64,000 nt of DNA from Octopus vulgaris (lineage: Eukaryota). Below the pieces are notes generated by a model, which saw nothing but the letters and a program-made list of their open reading frames with translations, was not told where the DNA came from and searched no databases. Both the position numbers and the translations under genes were made by a program. Shown here one piece after another: positions 37,342-50,274 of the stretch. Positions within the stretch are counted from its first letter, which is position 1. Each line of letters opens with the position of its first letter. The stretch covers positions 118,792,001 through 118,856,000 of the forward strand of contig OX597815.1 of assembly GCA_951406725.2 (NCBI GenBank), read 5' to 3'.

Positions 37342-39006
37342 TCATTATTGCCCTCAAGGGGCGCACATAGACAGAATAATACAAGACATGTGGGACTATA
37401 ACAATGACAAAAATAACTAAAATATGATAATATGAATGACAATGAAAAATGAAAAAATAAAAAAAATAGAAATGGAATCACTCGTCCCACTTTCTACTTT
37501 TTAAAACCTGATCCCTTTAACATATCAAAACCCGTTTCCTCCAATAACCTGTCGTAAGTCGTGTAATTTGGTAATAAATCCCAGTCATAGTCCAACTCCC
37601 AATAACTGTAACCGTGTTCCAACGTATATATTACCTCTTCTTGTTCTTTTGTTGGGCGCACACACCTGTGCCACTCTCCAGTGTTATCAAATCCAGTAGT
37701 TCCTACATCCTTTACCTCGTCCCATCAAGAAAACTCATCTATCAATTCGTTATTGGATCGATATAGCATGAAAGCTTTGCATTTCTTTTACCCTTTTTTT
37801 TTTTAGTTGGGGGAGGGAGTTTAAAATTATTTGTGTTTGTTTGCTTTCTTTTTTGTTTTTGTGTCGGATGGGAATGGGTAGGCTTGGTGTCTGCTAGGGT
37901 AAGAGGATGTGGGTGGGGTAGGCGTGGGTTGGGGTTTACAGTTCGAATCACTTGCCTTCTTTCTCTTCCTTACGGTGACTTTCTCCCACTTATCCTCCGT
38001 TGCCTCTACTAACTCCTCCTTTCTGGTTTCTTCCTTTCTAAGACTCTTCAGCCTCTTCTCCCTCCGCCCCTCGTCCTGGTCAATCTCCTCTCCTCCGCCC
38101 CTTGGCTTGTGAAGGGCAACCCGCTCCAATGTGGCCCCTCCGGCTATATTGAAAGCAGCGCGGAACACCGCCCTCCACTCCGACCGTCACTATCACTCTA
38201 TCCGTGATCGCTGATTCTGCGATACTTTCCAGAGTTTCGGCCGATCCCCGAACAACTACGCCCAGTGCCCGTCCCTTCCATATCATACTTTCCCTCCCCG
38301 TGGCCTGGAGAACCACCATGCTGTCCTCGCCACCAAAGAGGACAGCGTCCGCCACTCAGGCCACATCGACCTCCGGCGGGACTCCCTCAACATCCACTCA
38401 TGCCGCTCTCAGTCCTCTGTAAGTGTGCAAAAAGCACCCCCACCCCCACCCCTGATAGATGTCACCGCCTGCTTTCCCGCAGACACCGCGTCCTCGAACC
38501 TCACCTCCCACTCCAAACAGCGAACCTCCCGCGAGGTACACGATATCTTTCCAGATCGGCTCCCGTTCCGCAGCCACAATATCAATTCTACCCTAGCCTA
38601 TCGAACAGGTCAGCACATTACCGTCATCTCCCTAACGCTGTCTCTTGTCTCTTGTGAGGGTGACAGCTCCATCTCAAAGCCATCCCGACTCACTAAATCT
38701 CTATGCCCTCCAAACTCCCTAATATCCACTTCCCTCCCTTGACACTCCGCCACGTCGGCAGAAATTCCTCCTCTCTATGCTTAGTCAACCGTCCATCCTC
38801 CGGACAGCCGCCAGCAACTCCTCCTCCGCCGAGAACAAGTCTGAGCAGTTACAGTCTTCCACAGATGTGCCTCCACCAAGCCATCCCTCCTCCGCGAGAA
38901 GAGAAAGCAGAAACAAAGCACAACTACAAAAACCGCTGCCGAACAGCACAAAACATTCAAGCATTACACAAACACCAGTACAAAAAGCAAACGCGAGCAC
39001 ACATGT
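37342..39006 (-). mobile_element. Decayed non-LTR retroposon encoding only a gag-like ORF1 (L1/Tx1-type)
   Basis: Minus frame has ...TYRGLRAA*VDVEGVPPEV... and PRCFQYSRRGHIGAGCP (CX2CX4HX4C knuckle with C>Y), then a basic WEKVTVRKRKK segment. Family 3' tail at ~37343-37490; no RT motifs seen. Confidence 0.7.
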
Positions 39007-39162
39007 GATAGTATGCTGATTAAAACAACGGAGTATTATATTTAAAAAATAAAAATGGAATATACTTATAGAATCCGAGTATGCATAAAGTTTTACAAGT
39101 TAAATTCAAGCGATTTTTACTGCAATGTATCTTTATTGCCCTCTTCAATATATTAGACTAAT

Positions 39163-39703
39163 GGAGCATGGTATTACGTGACGTACCCAAAGAATGTAGA
39201 AACAGAGAAGAAGATAGCCGAGTTTAATCAAATAGTAAGAGTGAAAGTACCATCATACATATATGCAGAGGATATGAAGGAGATAGTTATCGAAAAAGAA
39301 AATTACATGAAACTGGAAGAAATGTGTGGAGATAGGATTGACCCACCAGGAGTGAGGGTGGAAATCAAAGAATTGCCACCAGTAGTGGATCTAATAGACA
39401 TTGAACCCTTGATGAAGTATTATTAAAAAGAAAATAAGTATGTTAAATTGTAGAAAAAAAAAGAAAGAGTAAAGTGTTTTAGGTTATGTTTAAAATAATG
39501 GAGAAAAATATCGAAGAACAATTGTAGATAATGTATATAACTGTTCAAATGGTACCGCATGGGAATGGGGCCCAGCGACCATTTTCATCTTTTATATAAT
39601 TTCATCTCATTTACATTCGTTTATGTTTTTTATCCCACTGTGGTCTTGTCTGTCCTTGTAGCGTCCTCTCTGTGTTGGGGCTTTATTACTAATAAAGAAA
39701 TTT
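39163..39703 (+). mobile_element. 5'-truncated retroposon with the same 3' tail family
   Basis: Tail TCTTGTCTGTCCTTG...AATAAAGAAATTT. Flanks CTCTTCAATATATTAGACTAAT / CTCTTCAATATAGACTAAT. Contains the acidic ORF 39178-39426. Confidence 0.7.
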
Positions 39704-39837
39704 CTCTTCAATATAGACTAATACCAAGATTTCATCTTATTTACATCTTTTCAATACCACGCCAGATATTCTTTTCATATTTAAATTATTTCCTGGCAAA
39801 CTAAACAAAGATACGCTGCTGAAACACTTATAAATAA

Positions 39838-39853
39838 TTGTTATCTTCCACAG
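39838..39853 (+). promoter_or_regulatory. Candidate 3' splice acceptor of a 5'-UTR intron
   Basis: TTGTTATCTTCCACAG, ending 30 nt upstream of the paralogue 3 ATG. Confidence 0.5.
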
Positions 39854-39882
39854 AAATAGGAAAAGGAAACAGCAGAAACAAA

Positions 39883-40614
39883 ATGGCTACTATCCCTGCT
39901 GAAACGGTGAAACAATGGACAGTAAACGGAATGAGATGTTGTTTTGGAGTTCTTAGTTGTGTGTTGTTATGCGGTGCCGTCTTCACAATTTCCTTTGGAG
40001 TCGTAATACAGATGGAATACGGTGGACCTATAAATATATTTGGTGGCCATTTCCAGCTTTTTTCTATTCTTCTACTGTGTTCGGGAACCCTCTACTTCCT
40101 TCTTGCACTGTTTGCCATCGGATCGTTATTACTAAATAGCACTAAGTGCTTAACTATTATGACATATTTTGTGTTAATACTAGCAATTGTGCAAATTTTG
40201 ACTGGTATGGTCGGTATCGGAGCGAAGGGTTACGTACACGGTGAAATTAACAAGCGAATGAAAGCTGCTCAAATGAATTATCTCAAGAATCCCACTTCGC
40301 AAATTGCATGGAACACGACACAACGCGCAATGAATTGTTGTGGTATTTATTCGTCGACTGAATGGTTCAGAATTTTGGGTGACCACAATCTCCCAGATTC
40401 GTGTTGCATTTATAAATCTCCAGGCTGCGGACTCCAAGCTGTCGCCCAAAGCAATTATAACAATGACGGCTGTCTGGGAAATTACGTTAGTTCTACCAAC
40501 ACTTACCAACTTGGAATTTCCATATACAGTCTCTTATCTAATTTTCTACATCTCTTCTTGATAGCAATACCTATATATTTAATTCAAAAGCTGGAAGAAT
40601 ACAATAAACTGTAA
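39883..40614 (+). CDS. Tetraspanin paralogue 3 (divergent), single coding exon, ~243 aa
   Basis: ATG at 39883 in AAAATGG context (the ORF track's TTG 39838 start is unlikely). Four TM segments; CCG...PDSCC-x6-C-x13-GC; C-terminal YNKL. Confidence 0.94.
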   Translation: MATIPAETVKQWTVNGMRCCFGVLSCVLLCGAVFTISFGVVIQMEYGGPINIFGGHFQLFSILLLCSGTLYFLLALFAIGSLLLNSTKCLTIMTYFVLILAIVQILTGMVGIGAKGYVHGEINKRMKAAQMNYLKNPTSQIAWNTTQRAMNCCGIYSSTEWFRILGDHNLPDSCCIYKSPGCGLQAVAQSNYNNDGCLGNYVSSTNTYQLGISIYSLLSNFLHLFLIAIPIYLIQKLEEYNKL

Positions 40615-42877
40615 AGTGGTGTATTTGAAATACCTACAACTCCTTCCTATAACTGCTTTATTTTGTTACTCGCTTCTATTTTTAAAATACTGCTCCAACG
40701 AAAATGACAGGTTTATGTGAGGCCGTTTCATTTCGCTTTTTACTAATATGAATAATTTATCTTAGAATGAAACTGGGCAATGGAATTCACTTTGGACATT
40801 TCAATTTGCTTTAAAATGTGAACGAACCTTGAAGCATCGTACTGTTGTGACGACGAACGCCCACAATGATTTATTTGTATAACCTATTTCCGCAATGGCA
40901 ACTATTGCATCCTGTTCGAGGATCACTTTAACCACGATAAAAATCTGCCAGCTGTCCTTTATCTTCGTTGAAATTGTCTTTTCTGTTCTTATTATGGCGG
41001 AAGGAGCATACATACTCGTGCTGAATTTACCGTATAAATTTGATTTCTGTTGTGACTCATTTTTTATTTGCTTTAACCGGTATAATTGAAAAAACTACTA
41101 ATAGCGTCACTGCTATTGGAAACTTAAATGTAATTTATATTACTGCATTACATGATTCTTTGCATTCAATAATGGATCTGTACCTAATCGAAACTTAATT
41201 GGTTGTTGTACTCAGCCGGAGTTTCAGAATCGACGGAAAGTTTACAAGTGTCTTGTCATTTCTGGAAATATTATTTTTGTTATTGAAATTTATCGTTGTG
41301 AACCGGAAACATAGCAACCAAATGTCTCTCAAATCAGCATTATTAAAACAGTCACGGCTGAAAAGTCTCTAATCATACTCTAATTATATGCTTTGTTCAG
41401 TCTGTTAACCTGAGCCTAAACGATATGCGACGGACCCAATTTAAGTTGGCAAATTTCAATTACCTCCGTCTCAAAGGTGTTGATTACAATTTTTACTCTT
41501 TTGCCAATTCATTTAATTTTTTCATTTTGTATTTAGTTTCTTTTAATAAAGAACTCTAAGTTTAAAATTTATTGCATATTTAAATGCATTGCTTTATTTC
41601 ATCCATGTTCGTCTAACTTATTTTGCTTATCGATGATTCCTTTGAGGAATAACGTAAGTGATCCCCTCTTATGCTGCCATTCAACTTTAAAAAGCCAGTC
41701 AAAATCACTGAACTGCAACCCTACCATCTTGGAAAAAAAAAAATGTGGTTCCAAATGTAAGAGGATCATGCTTGGAATACTTAATTGTGGAATTTGTGCG
41801 AACGTATAAGACTAAAGTCTTTGATTAGCTAAATATTAGGAACTATTTAGTCTCCTCCTTCAAGAAGCGTCTGGCGTAATTTTGGCTTTATAGTATTTAT
41901 GAAAATTTGTTGGCAAAACTATGCATATACCTTTTGTAATTCAGATTTTTAACTCTAACAATTGCATAAGTTTACATATACATGTTAATTGAAGCTTTTC
42001 GTGGAAAAGATTAATAGTTGAAGTGACACGCCTAAAATATAAATGAATATCTTGTGAATCGCTTTATAAAAATTTTGATTCACTTTAACGTATGAATTAA
42101 TGTCCACAATGGTTTGTATGGCAAATGTTCCTGCTCGACTAGATTACTTTCTCGACTGTGCTAGAAAATTTTTTTTTTTTTTTTTTTTTTTTCTCAAATT
42201 GAGTATGCTTATTGTGACAGCTATCGACTAGTACTTAGGAAAGTCCCCACATGCTCGGCTGTCTAAATTCAATTCCACGTGACTAATTTGATATTTCGTA
42301 AAATTTCTATTCACTTTCCAGTTTATAAAATCGAAAAAATTAGCTTTACCGCCATGAGCACACTTGAAACGTAATACTTTTCTAACGGTAATAATTTTGG
42401 CTTCAATAAGGGATTTGTACCAGCTCAAATTTCACTATGCATCTGAGTCGGTTTTTGCCTGAATGACACAATCTTCCGAAAGTTTACCAGTTTCATGTAA
42501 TTTCTAGACTTTTATAAATTGTTGGGTATATTTGCCAACAGTTTTAGACGTTAAACTCTCTAACGATTTAGATGGATTTGTTTGGATAACAGGATGAGAA
42601 CAGTAGCCGAGATATGGAAAATATCTATAGCATAACTGGAATAATTGTTGCATTGCATCTATTGCCATAAAAAAAAGCAAATTGAGCAAAAGGAAGTATC
42701 TGGAAGAAGCTAGTAACTTTAAATGGATTATTAGCTTAGTGAATTCCATACATATAAAGTAACTTGAAAGTCTTCAATTTGCAGCAGTAGATGGAACCTC
42801 GCAAAGAACATCTTTAAAGAATCCAAAGTATTTCTCGTACTTGATGGAGGAAATATTTATTCCCACTTGCACGTGGA

Positions 42878-43508
42878 TGTTCTGTTAGAACAAGCTATAC
42901 TGTAGTAGACACCATGAGAGAAACTGCAAAATGCACTCGTGTTTATATCGCTAGCAGGCTCTATATCCTCCACTAGCGATATACCGTAAATCCTCTAGTA
43001 TAGTCCGCCCAACCTAAACCTTCTATATAATACGCACCCCTTCTCTAACTTGAGTCAAAGAGGTCTATATAACGTCCTTGGTTTGTAAAAATGTATACAG
43101 TAACGTCCTTTATTATTATTGTACGTATAACAATGCAAACGTAACTTTTTTATGCATTTTGTTTGCAGAAAATAAATAACAGTAATAACGTTTAATAAAT
43201 GTTGCTTACTGCAAGTTATGGATGATCCTTTTATGACTTCATTGCTTTCAGGCTTAGCCTAAGGTATTTTCGCGCCCGACATCATAAAATGCGTCTGAAT
43301 AAACATAGCCAGACAGCAAATAGAAACTCGGACATTGCTTAGAAAATATTTTTAATTTTTAACCTCGTATATAGTACGCACTAAGGATTTTGGCCTTTAC
43401 ATTTTGGGAATAAAATGCGGATTATACTCGAGGATTTACGGTAAACAAGAATGCATTTTGCACTTTCTCTCAGGGTGTCTACTGCAGTATAGTTCTGTTT
43501 AAACAAAA
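42878..43508. mobile_element. Palindromic MITE split by a pogo-like insertion
   Basis: CTATACTGTAGTAGACACCATGAGAGAAACTGCAAAATGCA (~42896) is the inverse of TGCATTTTGCACTTTCTCTCAGGGTGTCTACTGCAGTATAG (~43452). A related arm lies at 63905-63990. Confidence 0.75.
42984..43441. mobile_element. pogo-like MITE, internally deleted copy of 23102-23838
   Basis: TA|CCGTAAATCCTCTAGTATA ... TATACTCGAGGATTTACGG|TA; internal sequence collinear with the first copy. Confidence 0.9.
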
Positions 43509-45427
43509 GATATACGTAAGTGGGGGACACATATCAATACTGATTGTCACGCTTCTCACTTTTTATTATTTAGAATCTGATCGTTAGCGGTGACAATAAC
43601 TGAGTCAAATTAAGTCACCAGCTCAAATACCTCTTGATCAGACAATATTTACATATAGGACGATTGCAAAGATATTTAAGCAGTGATTCGTTTGAGATAT
43701 CAGAAATAAAACCTTCACAATTTAGTGGTGACCTGTATCGCATAAAGTGAAATAAAACCGTATGTACAAAAAAAACAAAAAAAATCTTTATCAAAATGTA
43801 TGTATAAGGATATCCTGCATTTTCTGAACAGATTCATATAAATCTGAAACGCAAACTTAACATTCTTTGCCACTCCCATTTGACATTTTATTTCGGAAAC
43901 TTGCACTTGATCAAATGAAACTTTCTACACACAAACACATTTGGTTTCTGGATATCTGCAGATTATCGGTAAAAATTTCTATTGCCAGATCTAATCAAAA
44001 GGCATTCTACTATATAGCTTCGACATTCAGTGAGTGGGCAGTAAATTTGTGTTTGTATGTGTCGGTTTACTATTTTAAAATACGTTTTACAGGAGTTTAA
44101 TTTCGTTAGAATAGTCTTAATTCTTTTCATTATGTTTCTTGATATTCTGAAATGGCAAATTTTTAAAACCATTTTTTTCTAAACAATCTTCGAAAAAACT
44201 GGTTTCCATTTATTTGAAATACTTTTTACCAAATGGAACTGAATTAGTTTGTAAACATTGGGGGTGAGTTCGTATTATCAGGATTCCTTTTTTAGCTACG
44301 TAAATATCTCTATATTCATGAACTCTGTTTTGGTCCCCAACCATCAGATTTCGTTAACAGTAGGCATAGTACCAGACTGGATTTTAAAAATTTCTCTGAA
44401 GATAAGTTTAATAACAAAATTGAAATGTTTGACTTATTTAGCGTGAATTTGGTTCAAACTTGAGCTGAAAGTTAACTTAAAATCACTTTCATCGTCTCCT
44501 ACCTTCCATTTTTTTTTATTAGTGCTTGTAGAAGAAATGTATTCAGGTTCCACTTAGCCTTTTATAATCTGGATTTTGATTACAAACTCACAAATTTGTT
44601 TCCCATCACTTTTCGGTTATATCATGAGTAACTTTTATAGTTTGATCAACTCAAAACATTAAGTTGGGAATATAGCAAAACTGTTTTAATCGATTTTAAT
44701 CTCGTGCACGCATGCAATTTCATACTTAATTCACACAACAAATTGGTAACATCAAATAGTCTAAAACGAGATCTAGTGCTTATAGCTTAATTTGTTTAAC
44801 AGTAATGACAAAATTTTGGTGTTCAGTTCGGGCTGTTACAGTTAATAGTGGACGAGAAAATCGTGAATGTTTGGTCGTATAATGAACTGGTTGACAAATG
44901 AATCGATTAAACAAGAACGTTTTATGAAGAATATAATTAGTTGAGCACAACTCGGTGGATGGTCACTGATAATAAAAAGATCATTGCATGCACTGAACTC
45001 AAGAGTTACAGCTTCAGTTCAGAACTTACTACGTTGATTCGAAGAAATTATACATCTGTGAAGCACTTTTGGCACATAGAAATGAGGTGGGGAAGGAAAT
45101 AGTCATTGATTTCCCTCAGCTAATTTAATTTTTAAGAGATTATTTTTTTAAATATTAATATTTCCTTAAGACAATTTAACTGTAGGGACAGATATTAAGC
45201 AGCATACATGCAAATCTGTAAAAAAAAAAAAAAAAACATCATTAGTATGTAAAAGCAAATGTTCAACTGAAATATTTCTTTAATTGCAGTAAAAGTCTTT
45301 AAAGAACGGTAAAATTTATAAACCTGAAATATTGAAAATATTTGAAAAATGATCTCGACATAAGGGTTATAAAACAAACCATAAAGCGGTTCTCTCCTTT
45401 AAAATATTCTCTCTCTCTCTCTTACTC

Positions 45428-45658
45428 TGTGGTTCTCAACCTTTTTCATCGTCTTACTCCCTGAGACTCTCCAATGTGACACCTATAATAAATCTTGTAA
45501 TTGCTTTGGAACGCAAGGCGCTATGTGAGTCACAGGAGAGAGGCTGCAATGCAATACTTCACATACATGAAATAAATTACGTTCTTCCGAACCCTCCGTG
45601 ACCCCGCCCCTACACAATCCGAGAAACCCCAAACGACCCATAGGTTAAGAACCGCTGC
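45428..45658. mobile_element. hAT-like MITE, degenerate
   Basis: CTGTGGTTCTCAACCT ... AGGTTAAGAACCGCTG imperfect TIRs. Confidence 0.55.
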
Positions 45659-47324
45659 TCTATAAGAAACTATAAGCAGCAGCTGCAGTTTCTAGACAAA
45701 TAACATTTATCTCATACTGGTGATAAGAAATTTTAGTCTAAATAAGGTTTGATGTGAATGATGCATACGTTAAGGTTTAGGAGTGATTGGTTTTATAATT
45801 ATAGGAGTGTATTATGATTATAAGCAGATGGTTAATGTACAGAAAAAAAAGAGTATGAGAAACATTTTCGTAACTTGGTGCACCAGAGTTTACAGAATGT
45901 TTATCAAAGAAGGCACGTTGACACGCTACAACAGTACAATATAATAGATAACACTCGATCAATAACGTGAATTGAAACGACAACGGGCAAGTCAATTATA
46001 AAAATTCTCATTCCAGACACAGTGGAAAGCTTTGCTCGTCAACTGCATTAAAATGTTGCTTCCACGAAACTCTTAAAGATAAGACCGCTGAGGAATGACA
46101 TTGACAAGGAAGTTTTCAATAAATCTGACTCAACGCAAACCCAGCTATTTTTCAATGAGGAATCATAGAGAATAATGAGAGCTGACTTTGAATTGCATTG
46201 TTTGAGTATGCTACTGGGGTGGATCACCTTGTGCTGAAGTAGCTTGAGGAGCTTTCGCACATAGGGACTATTGTATGGAGCAGTAACGCGAGAGTGAACG
46301 AAGGTTTAGCATGAATTTTCAAGTTCGTGCGAAGTGACAGCCAAATACAAATGCCATTTTATCGTGGTAAATCACTAGTGGGGTTGCGGGTTTTGATTGT
46401 GTAAGAGAAATGAAGAGACGCGTCTAGAAGTATGATTTAGGCCAAACGTTCAGCGGCCTCTAATGAGGCGAGGTACAAATGGAATTCCTGATAATTGTCG
46501 ATATAAAACTAGCAGAATTAATTGATTCGAAATACCAGACTCAGTCGAATTCTTCGTTAATTTCAAGTGCAATAACATTACTTTTGTTAGGGTGTTGTGC
46601 GTTAGTAAGTAGTATGTTGCCACTATAATCAGTAATTGGACGATCTAATTGTAGCAGAGACAGAAATCTCGGGGTAAAGACTAGATTTGGGGGGGGGGGG
46701 GAGAAAAACAATTCAGAATAGTAAACGTTTAGGGATAGACTAGTGCATATCCCAGATCGTTTGCTATTCTAATTGTGCGAGGAATGCGAAACCAAGAGGG
46801 GTCCTTACATGAAAGTCCCTAGTTTAAATAGTTTATGGTAATTGGAGAAGGTATGGGCCATAGCAGAGTCAGTAAAAGTATTTCAGGATATAGGTAGAGA
46901 GAATTTGAGCACGAGTGATTGAAAAATCATCATTACTGAAATGCTGATGGGAGAGATAAATGGTGAGAAAGCACTACATTTTGGAGTAAAGCTACAGAAA
47001 TTAGTGTAACCTGGACAGAAGGGTTACACTAGAAAGTGTACACAGGATAGGTAAAGATGGATAAATGCATCTGAAAGAAAGATAGGATGTGTGGTTTGCT
47101 TGTTAGAAGTCAAGTTAGACTGAAAATCTTGGATTCCTGCATAGAAGGGATTGTATTTCGAAGTTGATTTTATTGTATCACTGGTTTATTGTATTATGAG
47201 TTGTCGTTTACCCCTGTTTTGATCCCTATAAACAGCTGATGGAACTCGTTGGCCGTGGATGACCTCTTGATTTTCCCTGGTCGCTGGAGAATCAGTAACG
47301 AACTTCAGAAAAAGGAAATGCGTA

Positions 47325-49420
47325 ATATTAATTCTCATCCCTGCCCTGCAGCATTCGGCAGCAAATTCATTCAGTGCATGCTGAAGATCACCTTCTAATG
47401 AGCCAAGTAGCACCATGTCGTCTGCAAATATCAGTCGACCTATCCTACAACCATTGATTGGGATACCACTTCCACAAAGGCTGCGCATGTCAGTCCAGTT
47501 CATAAGAATTATGAAAAGGAGAGGTAACAATACGCACTCTTGCCAAGGTCCAACCCTAATGTTGAAAGCTTTTGAAATTTACAGACACCTGGGAATTCGT
47601 ATACGGACATCACGGCAACCAGAAGTTGCCCATTAGTCTTAAACTCCAACAAACCGTCCCACAACATGACCCACGGTTCGTGGTCAAGTGCAAAGCAAGT
47701 GTACACCACTTGGCAATATTCCCACGATTTCTCAAAGACCTGGGGTACTGTGAATATCTGGTTGGTTGTGTTGTGTCCAGAACGGAAGCCATACTATTCT
47801 TCATCAAGCTCGACAATATCCCTATTTCTCTTTTCCAGACTTCTTGTGGAGTTTACTGGGATGCTCAACAAGGAGATTCTTCTATAATCAGATCAATCTT
47901 TCTTGCCTCCTTTTTTTAAAAAATTGGGATTATCACTCCGAATTGCCATTACTTTGATTTTTTTCCAGAGGCCCAAGACTCTTGTCAGACACAAGTCATC
48001 CAGCGTCAGCCTTCTCTATTCAATTTTTTAACATCTTAGGCCGAATTTCATCCTCTGCAATGGTCTTTCTACATTTGAACTCTTTAATCACCTCTCTGAC
48101 TTCAGCCTCTCTGGAGGTTCGACTTTACCCCTAGATGTACCTCGTGTCCACCAGAATATTTTTATTGTGACCGAATTTAGGGGATGAGCAAAGTACCTTC
48201 TCCACCTCCTAAGGATGCTCTTCTCCGTAGAGAGACCCCAGCCAAGTTTCTTAATAGCAGGTGTGGGAGAGGGCTTATTTTTACGAAGTCCAGCTTCCTA
48301 AAGTCCTACTATGACTTAGCCTTGGAAATTTTTACTGTCCCTGCTTCAACTTTTCATGCTTCAGTGTGCCGCCTGCGCAAAAAGAGAGACTTATTTCCAA
48401 TCCAAGCTTTGTAAGCCTTCTTTTTTTCCTGGAGGGCACTTTTAACTCCGTAGTTAAACGAGGGTGTTCTTTTGTCACCTGGAGCCACACCGAACCACTT
48501 TCGTCCGCAGCATTTTACAGCTGAAGAGGAAACTGCTGAACAAAACAGTCTACACTCCGTTTCGGCATTCTCAGTTTGTTTAGAAAGATCTCTGAATATG
48601 GATGCAATAGTGTCAGCATATTCGCTTCTAATCTCATCATCCTCCAGGGCTTCCCACTTTATCCAGCTAGTCACACTGGACTTAGCAGTTTTGCGAATTC
48701 TCCCTGCTGTAGATAATCTCAGGCTGCGGACAGTTGGGTGGTGATCAGTTGATAGCTCCACCCTTCTAGAGACGAACGTTTAGCATAGAATCAGAGACGA
48801 TAACAAAATCTATTAGAGACCTCTGTCTCAAAGTACCCCTATACCCGGTGTACTTATGGACATCACTGTGTCGGAAGAATGCGTTCATACTGGAGAGCCC
48901 ATTTCCAGCACAGAAGTCTGATAAGGCGTCTCCATTTGCATTGAGTTCAGGGTCGCTATTCCTCCCAGTCACCCCTTTTCACATCTGGTGATCGGTGCCA
49001 ACATATCCATTGAAATCTCGTTGAACAAATGACTCGGTCTTAACAACATCTAAAGCTGCAGTGACCTCGTCAAGAAGGGATTTGCATTTAACCTCGCTGT
49101 TTGGAGTATATATTTGCAACAGCAACTGCGGGCCATCATTTAACCTAAGCTTCAGGAGGCAAACCCTCCTAACCTAGTAGGATCCACTCTATCACAGAAT
49201 CTTACAGCCCGTTGCTGGGGAATATCCTCACTCCTGCTTATACAGACATGGCTGGTGCAACATCTGAATAGCAAAGTTTCCACCCTCCATCCAGATCTAC
49301 GGCACTAGAGATAGAGAACCTTGTAGAGCAGACACTGACTATATCTAGCCCGTAGCATTTGGCCTCCTCCACTACTTCTTGCTCTTTGCACGTGGGGGCT
49401 TGCGTGACATTCTAATTTCC
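47325..49420 (-). mobile_element. Heavily decayed RTE-like LINE (APE endonuclease plus RT)
   Basis: APE motifs LNANG, RSLIDFVIV and STDHH; RT motifs PLLFIILM...LIFADDMVL. Many frameshifts. Confidence 0.85.
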
Positions 49421-49804
49421 AAGTCTCTAGGACCTACTTCAGGATCCCGGAACCCGCATTGTTTGTGCTTCCACCCCAGACCTCCCAGAAAAAGTTGGAG
49501 GCTTCTTACTGGTAGTACCGGCTTTAGGTGAAAACTGCAATATATTTTTTGTACAGACCCCCCTCTACCTAAGATCCTTGTTAATCTGCAGTATACTTGT
49601 TCCCCTGAATCCCTTTCATATTATTGGTTATGGTGGTCTTATTCACATCAATCACCAACCTGGTATTTACATTTCACCCACGAAATCATTTATGAAGATA
49701 AAAAAGGTTTGTGGAATGTAAAATACTATATTATCTTAATCTGGAGTATAGAATTCCAGTCGTCAGAAAGGTCAGCAAAGAAATTACAGATAAATTACAG
49801 TAAA

Positions 49805-49995
49805 AGCGGAGATCTGGCCGAATCGTTAGCATGCCAGAGAAAATGCTTAATGGTATTTTATCTGTTCTGAGTTCAAATCTCTCCGGGATCGACTTTGATT
49901 TTCATTCTTTTGGGGGTTGATAAAGTATGTACCGGTCAAGTCCTGGAATCGATACAATGGACTTCTCTTTCGTTGAGCCAAAATTTGAAACCATT
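49805..49995 (+). mobile_element. SINE family A, degenerate
   Basis: GAATCGTTAGCA...GTTCTGAGTTCAAA...AAAATTTGAAACCA. Confidence 0.7.
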
Positions 49996-50274
49996 AATAA
50001 CATAAGTAAGATTAAGCTGAGAATTGGAACTGACTTTGAGGCTTCGCTTGCCAAGAATATATTTCTCTTATCAGGAATATGTTTTATTTCTTAAAAAATT
50101 TCTTTTCACTTGTTACAGTTGCTTATATGGTTCTTGTATGGTTCTTGCTAGTTTGGAAACTTGACATTTTTTATGATGATTGTAATGACAGTAAGACTTA
50201 ACTGGGGCGATTAGAGAAAATGATTCGGTTTCAGTTCTGGTTCAATGCTGTTTCCCATCACTTAGTCTATTATT

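Noticed and set aside
39178-39426. 82-aa acidic ORF as an upstream exon or partner gene of paralogue 3
   Set aside because: It lies inside a TSD-flanked retroposon, so it is better explained as element coding remnant.
42230-42860. Possible decayed hAT transposase remnants (also ~26950-27300, ~52800-53520)
   Set aside because: Only faint motif resemblance (e.g. VPSTAAN) with many stops; not supportable without a translated HMM search.
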